64,000 bases of DNA from the NCBI GenBank assembly GCA_022824225.1, contig JAJEAH010000045.1, positions 13,110 through 77,109 of the forward strand, written 5' to 3'. Numbering within the stretch: position 1 is the stretch's first letter; each line of letters starts with the position of its first letter. A program made the position numbers and the translations under genes. Under the pieces are notes generated by a model. The model did not search any database and was not told the origin of the DNA. It saw only the letters and a program-made list of their open reading frames with translations. Origin of the DNA: Chloroflexota bacterium. GTDB taxonomy: Bacteria > Chloroflexota > UBA11872 > VXOZ01. Positions 49,028-58,496 of the stretch are shown here, piece by piece.

Positions 49028-49070
49028 GACCGTTCGGCAAATACTGGGAGCAGACCGAGCGCGCACGTGA

Positions 49071-51899
49071 ATGCGCGTTGCCTCATTATACGCCAAGCTA
49101 CGCAGACAACGAGTGCCCCAACAGTCAAGAGCAAGGCGGTGTTTCGCGGTGACGTGGGCGCGTGCGCAGATTTCCGGACACCTCAAGTCGGCGGCTGCCC
49201 GGCGCGAATCGTCAGATGAACCGGCGCGGGTGGAGCGCGGCCCCGGCATCGTTGCCCGCGCGCGATGGGGCGTGCCGGCAGGGAGAGCGCTGGTTCGCCG
49301 CCGAGCACACGCTGCCCGCGCGCGGCGGGCCATAGCCACGTCTATCACCCGCTGCCTGGCCGTATTCCTTTTGGGCGGCATGCTGATGGCGCTCGCGGCC
49401 TGCGGGGGCGAGGAGCCCGACGGCGAGGCCCCGGCGCAGACCGCGCAAACGCTCCCGACGCCGCTTGCCACGCCAAGTGCCGCGCCCACCGCGACCGCTG
49501 TTCCGGCAATCCCAACCATCACGCCAACCGTGCAGCCGACGAGCGAACCCACGGCGACCGCCGCACCGGCTCCCAGCCCGACGCGAGAGGTCGAGCCGAG
49601 CCCTGCGCCTGCGCCCACGGCAACGCCGACGCCCAGGGCAACGCCGACGCCCAGGGCGACGCCGACGTCCGCGGCAACGCCCGCCCCGGCAGCGACACCC
49701 TTGCTCGCGGCGACGGCTGCGCCAGAAATAACCCCAACCCCGCAGAGGACACCCGCTTCGGGGCTAACGCCCGCGCCGGAGATCACGCCAACACCGGCTG
49801 CGGCCGCGTCGCTGCGTTTCACCGGTGTGCGCCTGGCGCTGCGGGAGCCGAGCCAAGTGCAAGCCACCTTCTCCCTGCGCGACCAGGACGGCAATCCCGT
49901 CATCGCGCCCGCGGCCGAACTGCAGGCCGCTACCCGTATCTTCGAGCGTCCCGCGGGCGTGGAAGCATGGGAGGAAGTGGACTACTCCGAGACCAACTTC
50001 TTCGTGCATTCGTCGGAGCGGTTCGATCTGGAAGTGGTCTTCGTCCTGGACTTCACGCGCAGCATGACCACGCGGCGTTTGGCCGACGGCGCCACGGGCA
50101 GCACACTCATGCGCCAGGCGCTGGCAAGCGCCCTGGACCGCCTGCCGGCCGCTCACCGGGTGGGCGTGGTTGCCTTCCACGACCGCAGCGCGGACCCGGT
50201 AATCATCGCTTTTCCCACAACCGATAGAGACCTGATTCGCGCCGAAGTCGCACGCTTTGCCGAATCCGGCTTCGATGCCGGTTCCAGCCGTCTCTGGGAT
50301 GCGGTGGAACGCGGTTTGGAATTGTTCTCAGCGCCTACAGGCGCTGCCGACGTCACCCGCGCTTTGGTCTTTCTCTCCGACGGCAGGGATACGAGCAGCC
50401 TGCGCACCCGGAGCGAAATCGGGCGGCTGGCCCGTGAGCGGGACGTGCAACTCTACCCCCTGGGTCTCGGTGACGTCTACCAGGATTCAGAGCTTCGCTT
50501 GTTGGCGGCGGCTACCAACGGCGCCTACTACGCGGCAGCCGAACTTGCGCAACTGTCCGCGCAGTTCAGCGCCTTGGTGAACGACTTCGCGGGCCAGTAC
50601 AAACTCAGCTACACCACGCTGCGGCGCGACCGCGAGCATGAAATTCGCATCGAGACCACGTTGGCAGGCGACACCGCCGAGTTTGCCAGCGAACCCTTGC
50701 CCTTTGGCGAGGTCTACAGCCCCGATACCCAGGGCCGCATCGCCGTGGACCCACCCACCATGGACACGGAAAACCGGACGGCCACGACGTTCATACGCGC
50801 GCTGCACGTGCCGCGCAACATCCAGCACTTCCGCTTTACGCTGGACGTGGACCTGCCGGTCGCGGTCTCTCTGGCGCCGGCGGGCGCAGGCGGCTTGCTG
50901 GAGGGTTGGGAACTCGCGCAACCTGACGCAGTGGGTTACTGGCTGGCAACGGGTCCCGCGCCGCTGCCCTTCGGCAATTTCGGCCTGCTGTTCAAGGTGG
51001 TGGTAGCGGACGTGACGACTGAAGAGCTTGAGTTGCGCATAGTCTTTGATAACAGCGGCTATACGGGCAACAAGCGGTTTGTGGTCGTTGGCGGAGCGGA
51101 AGAACGCCTGCCGCGGATCGCCTTTGCGAGCTTGCGGGACGACAACTGGGAAATCTACATAATGAACTCTGACGGCAGCGGCCTGACTCGCTTGACGGAC
51201 GATCCGGGCAACGACGTTGCGCCCCACTGGTCGCCAGACGGCCGCCGCATCGCGTTTGCCAGCAACCGGGCCGGGAATTTCGACATCTACGTCATGGACG
51301 TCGATGGCAGTGCGGTTACGCAACTGACCGACCATGAGGGCGATGACTTTGCGCCCCGCTGGTCGCCCGATGGCCGCAAGCTGGCGTTCTACAGCGAACG
51401 GGACGGCAACGTGGACGTCTACGTGATGAACGCCGACGGCAGCGAGCAGACCCGCCTCACCGTGAACCGCCAGCGCGATCTGGCCCCGTCGTGGTCGCCG
51501 GACGGACTCAAAATCGCCTTCACAAGCGACCGCGACCGGAACTTCGATATCTTCGTGATGAATGCCGACGGCAGTCAGATTACGCGCCTGACCAGCGACC
51601 GCAACGCGGACACTGCGCCGGTGTGGTCGCCGGCCGGGCACAAGCTGGCGTTCACGAGCAGGCGCGCCGGCAACTGGGAGGTCTACACCATCAATGCCGA
51701 CGGCAGCGAGCTTGCGCGCGTCACCACGCACCCCGCCGACGATTTCGGCCCCGCCTGGTCGGCCGACGGCGAGAGCCTGGCCTTCTACAGCATCAGAAAC
51801 TTGAACTACGAAATCTACGTGATAGACCTGGTCGAGAACACAATCACGCGCCTGACCGACCACCCGGCCCTGGACGGCGATCCGGCCTGGTCTCCATAG
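49071..51899 (+). CDS. Lipoprotein with P/T/A-rich linker, vWA domain and TolB-like PD40 beta-propeller; true start uncertain
   Basis: Lipobox LMALAACGG at ~aa 105 of the ORF. vWA MIDAS-like VFVLDFTRSM...FLSDGRDTS. Seven or more PD40 repeats (DxxPxWSPDGxxIAFxSxRxGNxDIYVM). No in-frame ATG/GTG/TTG at a sensible distance upstream of the signal peptide. Confidence 0.65.
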   Translation: MRVASLYAKLRRQRVPQQSRARRCFAVTWARAQISGHLKSAAARRESSDEPARVERGPGIVARARWGVPAGRALVRRRAHAARARRAIATSITRCLAVFLLGGMLMALAACGGEEPDGEAPAQTAQTLPTPLATPSAAPTATAVPAIPTITPTVQPTSEPTATAAPAPSPTREVEPSPAPAPTATPTPRATPTPRATPTSAATPAPAATPLLAATAAPEITPTPQRTPASGLTPAPEITPTPAAAASLRFTGVRLALREPSQVQATFSLRDQDGNPVIAPAAELQAATRIFERPAGVEAWEEVDYSETNFFVHSSERFDLEVVFVLDFTRSMTTRRLADGATGSTLMRQALASALDRLPAAHRVGVVAFHDRSADPVIIAFPTTDRDLIRAEVARFAESGFDAGSSRLWDAVERGLELFSAPTGAADVTRALVFLSDGRDTSSLRTRSEIGRLARERDVQLYPLGLGDVYQDSELRLLAAATNGAYYAAAELAQLSAQFSALVNDFAGQYKLSYTTLRRDREHEIRIETTLAGDTAEFASEPLPFGEVYSPDTQGRIAVDPPTMDTENRTATTFIRALHVPRNIQHFRFTLDVDLPVAVSLAPAGAGGLLEGWELAQPDAVGYWLATGPAPLPFGNFGLLFKVVVADVTTEELELRIVFDNSGYTGNKRFVVVGGAEERLPRIAFASLRDDNWEIYIMNSDGSGLTRLTDDPGNDVAPHWSPDGRRIAFASNRAGNFDIYVMDVDGSAVTQLTDHEGDDFAPRWSPDGRKLAFYSERDGNVDVYVMNADGSEQTRLTVNRQRDLAPSWSPDGLKIAFTSDRDRNFDIFVMNADGSQITRLTSDRNADTAPVWSPAGHKLAFTSRRAGNWEVYTINADGSELARVTTHPADDFGPAWSADGESLAFYSIRNLNYEIYVIDLVENTITRLTDHPALDGDPAWSP

Positions 51900-52155
51900 T
51901 GTCTACTTGAACGTCGGTTAGTCCGGTTCATGTTCCGCCTTTTGCCAATGCCGCTCTCGATGTAGGCGAGCCACAGCGATCGAGTGAAGCAGTCTTGGCG
52001 CCCCCCTGGGTCCTGCCGCCGCCAGCGCCACCCGCAACTACCCTCGCGCCAATAATCGTGATACCGTATACTGCGATAGTTTTGCATTATGGATTAAACG
52101 CGTTTGCCTTCGCAGGACACGCAACGCACGCGCATAGATGAAAGAGGAAACACCC

Positions 52156-53319
52156 ATGCGTTTTGCGAATCGGATAGCCAAGTTGCCGCCGTACTTATTC
52201 GCCGAGGTTGACCGGCGCATTGCCGCCAAGCGCAGCGAGGGCGTGGACGTCATTTCGCTGGGGATCGGCGATCCCGACCTGCCCACGCCGCAGCACGTCA
52301 TCGACGCGCTGGCCGCGGGCGCGGCCAAGCCCTACACCCACCAGTATCCCGAATACGAGGGTCTGCCGGAGTTTCGTGAAGCGGTCGCGAACTGGTACGG
52401 CCAGCGGTTCGGCGTGAAGCTGGACCCAGAGACCCAGGTGGTCTCGTTGATTGGCTCCAAAGAAGGCATTGCCCACTTTCCGGTGGCGGTGGTGGACCCC
52501 GGCGACGTGGTGCTGGCGACCGATCCCGGCTATCCGGTCTACCACACCGGCACGCTCTTTTCCGACGGCGAGACGTACTACGTGCCCCTGCGTGAAGAGA
52601 ACGATTTTTTGCCCGACCTTGGGGCGATCCCCAGCGACGTAATCAAGCGCGCCAAGCTGCTTTGGATTTGCTACCCCAATAACCCCACGGCGGCGGTCGC
52701 GCCCCGCTCGTTCTTCGAGGAGTGCGTGGCGTTCGGCAAGGAACACGATCTCATCATCGCCCATGACGCGGCGTATACCGAGGTCTGCTTCGACGGCTAC
52801 AAGCCGCTGAGCTTCCTGGAAGTGGACGGCGCCATGGACGTGGGCATCGAGTTCCACTCGCTCTCCAAGACCTACAACATGACCGGCTGGCGCATCGGTA
52901 TGGCCGTCGGCAATACCGACATCATCGAGGCGCTGGGCCGCGTGAAGACGAACATCGACTCCGGCATCTTTCGGGCGGTGCAGGAGGCCGGCGTGGTGGC
53001 GCTGAACGAAACGCCGCAGTCCTGGATCGACGAGCGCAACGCCATCTACCAGGATCGCCGCGACCTCATTCTGGACGCTCTGCATGGCATGGGTCTGCAG
53101 GCCCAGAAACCCAAGGCCAGCCTGTACGTGTGGTCGCCCACACCGGAGGGCATGTCGGCCATCGACTTCTCCGTGCGGCTGCTCGACGAAGCCGGTGTGG
53201 TCATCACGCCCGGCGTGGGCTTTGGCGAAGCGGGAGAAGGATACTTCCGCATCTCCCTGGCCTGCCCCACCGACCGCCTGCAAGAGGCGATGGAACGCCT
53301 GGCGGCGGTGAAGGTCTAG
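52156..53319 (+). CDS. Class I PLP aminotransferase, probably LL-diaminopimelate aminotransferase-type
   Basis: RFANRIAKLPPYLFAEVDRRIAAKRSEGVDVISLGIGDPDLP N-terminus and SLSKTYNMTGWRIG (PLP lysine). AAAGAGGAAA Shine-Dalgarno before the ATG at 52156. Confidence 0.7.
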   Translation: MRFANRIAKLPPYLFAEVDRRIAAKRSEGVDVISLGIGDPDLPTPQHVIDALAAGAAKPYTHQYPEYEGLPEFREAVANWYGQRFGVKLDPETQVVSLIGSKEGIAHFPVAVVDPGDVVLATDPGYPVYHTGTLFSDGETYYVPLREENDFLPDLGAIPSDVIKRAKLLWICYPNNPTAAVAPRSFFEECVAFGKEHDLIIAHDAAYTEVCFDGYKPLSFLEVDGAMDVGIEFHSLSKTYNMTGWRIGMAVGNTDIIEALGRVKTNIDSGIFRAVQEAGVVALNETPQSWIDERNAIYQDRRDLILDALHGMGLQAQKPKASLYVWSPTPEGMSAIDFSVRLLDEAGVVITPGVGFGEAGEGYFRISLACPTDRLQEAMERLAAVKV

Positions 53320-53360
53320 GTAGAACCTGCCCAGCAGTTCTTGGTCGGTTGGGCCAAGGA

Positions 53361-53474
53361 GCGGGGGACAAGCCCCCGCGCTACGTGTGACGGTCATTGC
53401 GCGGAGCATCGCGACGAGGAATCCCGCGGGACGAACTGCTAAGGAGTAGGGGCACGATATATCGTGCCCCTACG
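53361..53474. repeat. REP type C + ggaatgac-type hairpin + REP type A (gtaggggcacgatatatcgtgcccctac)
   Basis: Direct reading. Confidence 0.6.
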
Positions 53475-53567
53475 TGCCATGCAGGCGCTTGGAGTTGATG
53501 CGGATTTTGCGCGGGCCAGTGTTGCCGCGGGCACAGAGAAGTTAGTAGAGACCTACGGGAGCGATCC

Positions 53568-54548
53568 ATGAACACACCACCGGACTCCTATATTCGCGTC
53601 CAAGCCGCGCCCATGGAGGCGTTTGTCAAGCGTTGCTTCCTCGCGGCTGGCATGTCGGATGCGCATGCGGGGCAGATGGCCGGTTGGTTGACCGGCAACG
53701 ACCTGCGGGGCGTATTTAGCCACGGCACGCGGCAGACGGTGGCTTACGTGGGGCACTTCAAGAAGAAGGAACTCAACGTTACGCCAAACGTGCAGGTGGT
53801 GAGCGAGACTGCGGTCACGGCCACCGTGGACGGCGACGGCGGTTTGGGCTACTTTCCCTCGTTTCGGGCGGCGAATCTGGCGGCGCAGAAGGCCAAGGAG
53901 CACGGCGTCGCCAACGTGACCACGCGCAATCATGGGCACTTTGGCGCGGCGGGCCTCTGGTCCCGCGTCATCGTGGCTGCCGACCTGCTGGCCTACGTGA
54001 CGTCCGGACACCAACTGCGGCTGCAGCCCGGCGCGCCGCACCGCCATGCGGCCGGCGGCTCGCCCATGAGCTTTGCCGCGCCCGCGGGCGAGGAGCCGCC
54101 CATCGTCGTGGACTTTGGCGCGGTGCATGATCTCTACGACGGCGAACCCCACGTGAAGGCCATCGAAACCCTGGCCCCCAGCGCCACCTACCGCAGTATC
54201 GGTCTTGGGTCGTTTTGCCAGATATTGGGCGGTTTTCTCTGCGGCGTGCCCTCCGCCCCGGAGCGAGCCAAGCGGGAATGGCCGGGCGCGAACCAAGGCT
54301 CGTTCATGACTGCCCACGACGTTTCCCACTACATGCCCCTGGACGATTTCAAACGCGAGGTGGATGACTACATTCGCCAGGTACGCCAGCTTACGCCCAT
54401 TACGAACCAGTCCGACACGGAAGTCTCCGGCGGCATGGAGGCCAAACGCGAGCGGCTCTGGCGTGAAGAGGGCATCCCGGTCGGCCCCGAGCACGCAAAG
54501 GCCCTGCAGGGGCTAGGGCGAGAACTAGGGGTAGAATTGCCGTTCTAA
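53568..54548 (+). CDS. Ldh_2-family (malate/L-lactate/sulfolactate-type) dehydrogenase
   Basis: VFSHGTRQ...TTRNHGHFGAAG (conserved His region) pattern. Shine-Dalgarno GGGAG. Confidence 0.7.
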   Translation: MNTPPDSYIRVQAAPMEAFVKRCFLAAGMSDAHAGQMAGWLTGNDLRGVFSHGTRQTVAYVGHFKKKELNVTPNVQVVSETAVTATVDGDGGLGYFPSFRAANLAAQKAKEHGVANVTTRNHGHFGAAGLWSRVIVAADLLAYVTSGHQLRLQPGAPHRHAAGGSPMSFAAPAGEEPPIVVDFGAVHDLYDGEPHVKAIETLAPSATYRSIGLGSFCQILGGFLCGVPSAPERAKREWPGANQGSFMTAHDVSHYMPLDDFKREVDDYIRQVRQLTPITNQSDTEVSGGMEAKRERLWREEGIPVGPEHAKALQGLGRELGVELPF

Positions 54549-54654
54549 GGCTGCGGCGAGATGGTCCGTCACTCCGGCGGAAGCCGGAGTCCAGGGGTCG
54601 AGGTGAGGGCAGGTTCTAGCGGCAGCCGGTGTGTTGGGATTGTCCTGGTCGGGA

Positions 54655-54678
54655 GCGGGGGACAAGCCCCCGCGCTAC
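54655..54678. repeat. REP type C (gcgggggacaagcccccgcgctac)
   Basis: Direct reading. Confidence 0.6.
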
Positions 54679-54737
54679 AGGGGACATCGGCGGAGGGATA
54701 GCAATGGCAGACGCACGCGCGGACTTGTCCTCGCGCT

Positions 54738-55553
54738 ATGATTGAGAAGAGACTCGCTGTGCCTAATTCACTTATACAACTCTCTGTGCGCCACATCGTG
54801 CACGAGCCGAATCCGCCCGACCTACCGTATCGGGAAGAACACTTCGGCTATGTCCACCTGCCCGTGAGCATACCCCTCCAGCAGGCCGCGCTTGTGCTGG
54901 TGGACTGCTGGGACCAGATCATAGTGGAGAGCTTTCAAGAGCGGGCGGGGCGCATCTGCGATGAGACAATTCGTCCGGCGCTGGCGGCAAGCCGGAGGGC
55001 TGGCATGTCAGTTGTCCACGCGCCCTCGCCGCCCGTAGCCGAGAAGTTTCGGCAGTTCTGGCCGCGGGGCATGGCGGAAGAGGAAGCGCCGGTGTCCGCG
55101 CCGGCGGACGACTGGCCGCCCGCGGACTTTGCCCAGCGGCGCGGCGAGTGGACGCACTTGCAGGCCCGGCGCTGCGGCCTGCACCAGGAGCAGCTTGACC
55201 GCATCGACCGCGACCGTTACATCCATCCGGCGGTATTGCCGCAGGCCGGAGACTACGTGATCGCCACCGGCGAGCAACTTCACTGGCTCTGCCGCGAGCG
55301 CGGCATCCTCTACCTCTTCTACGCCGGCTTTGCCACGAACGTCTGTATTCCGGACCGTGACTACGGCCTGCGCGCCATGCGGGAGCGCGGGTATGCCCTC
55401 GTGCTCTTGCGCGACGCCACCACCGGCGTCGAGGCGCGTGACACGTACCCAACGCTTGCGGCTACGAGCGTGATGATCCACCAGTTCGAGTTGCGCGACA
55501 TTGCCGGGACTGTTAGCTCAGACGCGTTCGTGGCCGGCCTGCGCGGCGGGTAG
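54738..55553 (+). CDS. Isochorismatase-family cysteine hydrolase
   Basis: ALVLVDCWD (Asp) ... YAGFATNVCI (Cys nucleophile). Confidence 0.7.
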   Translation: MIEKRLAVPNSLIQLSVRHIVHEPNPPDLPYREEHFGYVHLPVSIPLQQAALVLVDCWDQIIVESFQERAGRICDETIRPALAASRRAGMSVVHAPSPPVAEKFRQFWPRGMAEEEAPVSAPADDWPPADFAQRRGEWTHLQARRCGLHQEQLDRIDRDRYIHPAVLPQAGDYVIATGEQLHWLCRERGILYLFYAGFATNVCIPDRDYGLRAMRERGYALVLLRDATTGVEARDTYPTLAATSVMIHQFELRDIAGTVSSDAFVAGLRGG

Positions 55554-55623
55554 GCGCGAGTGATCGTCAAACTAAGGGAAGAGCGTCGGCGGCCAACTGT
55601 TCATATTCATCCAGGAGAAGTAG

Positions 55624-56013
55624 ATGCTCACCAAAGCAAAATTCAAGGTTGTCGGCTGGGACGAACAGCCGTACGACGAACCGGAGGACGGCCCCAAGCT
55701 ATCCCGGGTGCACGTCAAGCGGACTTTCAGTGGCGGCTTGGCCGGGACCGGCAACCTCGTGTTAGTCATGGCGTACCTCGACAGTGGGAACGTCTTGTTC
55801 ACCGGCTACGAGAAAGTGGCGGGCAGCTTGGACGGGAGGGCCGGCAGCTTCGTTCTGCATCACACCGGTGTGCATTACGGTCAGGGAGCAACGGCTGAGC
55901 ACGACGTGGTTGCGGGGTCCGGTACCGGCGAGCTTGCCGGAATTGCGGGTACCGGCGGGTATTCCGCGGGGGATGAAGAGGAGTCCGACATGACGTTGGA
56001 CTATGAAGTGTAA
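55624..56013 (+). CDS. DUF3224 domain protein
   Basis: KFKVVGWDEQPYDE...GTGELAGIAG pattern. Shine-Dalgarno AGGAGAAG. Confidence 0.6.
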   Translation: MLTKAKFKVVGWDEQPYDEPEDGPKLSRVHVKRTFSGGLAGTGNLVLVMAYLDSGNVLFTGYEKVAGSLDGRAGSFVLHHTGVHYGQGATAEHDVVAGSGTGELAGIAGTGGYSAGDEEESDMTLDYEV

Positions 56014-56079
56014 CTCCCCGGCGAGTTTCACTCCCAACCTGCGGCAGACGGCAAAGGGCGGTGCGCGGGACTTGTATCG

Positions 56080-56979
56080 CTAGAGCCTATCCAGCCACTT
56101 CACGAATCCATCCGAGCACCAATAAGCCGGGTCGCGTTCCGCCAGCGCGATCCATTCATCGACAACCGGTTGGATGCGCATGTGCCGGAGGCGTGCGGAG
56201 CCAATCTTGCCGTAGCGCAGCAGGCCCCGCTCCGCAAAGATTTCTTCCGCGATCAGGCGTTTGGCGGTGCTGATGCCGGGCCAGATGCCGGTGCGCGTCC
56301 AGCCGCGGACCTCGCCAAGCAGTTCGTCGCGGCGCTTGGGCGCGGCGCGCGCGAGGGCACGGTGTACCAGGTGCGTTTCCACAAAGTGCACCATGGTCAG
56401 CCGCTGGCAGTTTACGCCAATGAGGCAGCAGAACGCATTCCAGTCATAGAGGCGTTGCCAGGGACTGGCTGCGGCGAACGCGCCCGGGCCCCAGGGCGAT
56501 TCGCGCGGGCCGGAGACGCCGTGGTCTGCGGTGAGATCCCCAGCCTGCGCCCCGATGGCGCTCACCGAGTGGGTATAGTGGTTGCTGCGCAGGGCGTTGG
56601 GCCGTCTGCGGAAGGTTTCCGGTATCAGGCCGCAGTACGTGGGGGTCTCCGCGACGTTCCAGAGGCGCCACACCCGGAGTTTCTCCGTGAGCGCTTGCCA
56701 CGAACAGAGTGTGGGCACGGCGACGGTCCCGGTGGGCCCCACCGCGTCCAGGAAGCCGTCGATTACGGTTTCCGCGCCGCCGGTTCTGGTATCCGCGTTG
56801 CTGGCCCCGGCGTCATCGCCGCCGACCTCGGCGTCCGCGCCGCCGACTACCGTGCCCATACTGCTCAGAGAGCTGTGGAAGAGCACGGTGTCCCCTGCGC
56901 CCAGGCCCGCGGCGTGCAGGGCGCGCGTAACCGATTCGCGGGTAACGCGCACGGCCGGGTTGCCGGGTTCGTGGTCCAT
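56080..56979 (-). CDS. AAC(3)-family aminoglycoside N3-acetyltransferase-like protein
   Basis: VTRESVTRALHAAGLGAGDTVLFHSSLSSMG matches the Antibiotic_NAT (PF02522) N-terminal signature; length ~300 aa. Confidence 0.6.
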   Translation of the reverse strand: MDHEPGNPAVRVTRESVTRALHAAGLGAGDTVLFHSSLSSMGTVVGGADAEVGGDDAGASNADTRTGGAETVIDGFLDAVGPTGTVAVPTLCSWQALTEKLRVWRLWNVAETPTYCGLIPETFRRRPNALRSNHYTHSVSAIGAQAGDLTADHGVSGPRESPWGPGAFAAASPWQRLYDWNAFCCLIGVNCQRLTMVHFVETHLVHRALARAAPKRRDELLGEVRGWTRTGIWPGISTAKRLIAEEIFAERGLLRYGKIGSARLRHMRIQPVVDEWIALAERDPAYWCSDGFVKWLDRL

Positions 56980-57129
56980 GTAGCCCCCGGCGGCCGCTTG
57001 CGGCTCCACGATGGCCTTGATGCGTTGGGCGGTGCGCGCCGCATTCTCATCCGGCGCCACAGCTGGCGCCCTCTTGAGCTTGACGCAACCGTTGCCGCGC
57101 GCCGCGCCCTCTCGGGCCGGACGCCGCGT

Positions 57130-58092
57130 TCATCCGGGGAGTTCCGCTGCCGGCGGCACGATCTCGTCGATGGCGGCGCACTCTTCTTCCGTTAGCGAGA
57201 CGTCCAGCGCGCCCAGGTTGTCCTGAAGTTGCGCCAGCGTGCGCGGACCGACGATGGGCGCGGTGACACCGGGTTGCGCCAGCAGCCAGGCGAGGGCAAA
57301 TTGGCTCAGGGTGACACCTCTGGCGGCGGCCATGGCCTCCAGGCCTTCGAGCGCGTCGAAGGTCGGCGCGTACACGTCGCCTGCAAAGTCCATGCCGCGG
57401 CCGGCGAACCGCGAGTCGGCGGGAGCGGTCTCGCCGCGCCGGTACTTGCCGGTCAGCCACCCGCCTCCCAGGGGACTGAACGGCACGACCCCAATCCCGT
57501 ACTTGCGGGTGAGCGGCAGCACCTCGGCCTCGATAGACCGGTCCACCAGGCTGTACTCCGGTTGCTCCGAGACGATTGGCGCGAGCCCCAGCCGGTCGCT
57601 CGTCCACAGGGCCTCGCAGAGCTGCCAGCCGGCGAACTTTGACGTACCGAAATAGAGAATCTTGCCCTGGCGGCGCAGGTCTTCCAGCGTGCACAGAGTC
57701 TCCTCGATTGGCACGTCAGGATCGGGCCGATGTAGTTGGTAGAGGTCGATACGGTCGGTGTTGAGCCGCCGCAGGCTGGCGTGCACCTGCTCCATGATGT
57801 GGTAACGGCTGTTGCCGCGATCGTTCGGGCCGTCGCCCATGGTGTTGTAGACCTTGGTCGCCAACACCACGCGATCGCGCCGGTCGTGGATAGCCCGGCC
57901 CACGATCTCCTCGGAATAGCCCTTGGGCTGGGAATAGACGTTTGCCGTATCCACCACGTTCAGGCCCGCGTCGAGGGCGGCGTGCACCAGCGCGATGGCC
58001 GAGTCTTCCGGAATGCGGGTGCCGAAATATGCGGTGCCCAGCCACAACGGGGAGACTTTGACACCGGCCCGACCGAGATTGCGGTAGTCCAT
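57130..58092 (-). CDS. Aldo/keto reductase
   Basis: MDYRNLGRAGVKVSPLWLGTAYFG...DTANVYS...KFAGWQL. AAGAGG Shine-Dalgarno. Confidence 0.85.
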   Translation of the reverse strand: MDYRNLGRAGVKVSPLWLGTAYFGTRIPEDSAIALVHAALDAGLNVVDTANVYSQPKGYSEEIVGRAIHDRRDRVVLATKVYNTMGDGPNDRGNSRYHIMEQVHASLRRLNTDRIDLYQLHRPDPDVPIEETLCTLEDLRRQGKILYFGTSKFAGWQLCEALWTSDRLGLAPIVSEQPEYSLVDRSIEAEVLPLTRKYGIGVVPFSPLGGGWLTGKYRRGETAPADSRFAGRGMDFAGDVYAPTFDALEGLEAMAAARGVTLSQFALAWLLAQPGVTAPIVGPRTLAQLQDNLGALDVSLTEEECAAIDEIVPPAAELPG

Positions 58093-58496
58093 CTTTTGGC
58101 CTCTTTCTCTACTAGCGGATGAGGTCGTGCTACTAGCATACCGTCTAGCGGCAATCGGCGTGTCGTGAATCGAGGCGCGAGGCGGGCATGAGCACGTTAC
58201 CGGCATCCGCGCGCCGCGGCGCTCTTGGCTGCCTAGTAGTTTAAAAGTTTTGCAGTGATGGGTAGGCGTAACCGGCGGTGCGAGAAAACGGCGCAGGCTG
58301 CAAACCTACGCTACCGTTGTCTCTACTTATCACCTCAAAATGGGTGAACTATTAGGCCGAGGTAAAAAGAACAAACCAGCGCGACTACGGGGCTTTCCAG
58401 ACCCATAGTCGCGCTGGTTCTCATCTCACGCATCACATGTGCGTTGAAAGCGCGCTTGTTGAGTGGGCGCGCTTTCCCGCGCCACGTGCCGGTGGT

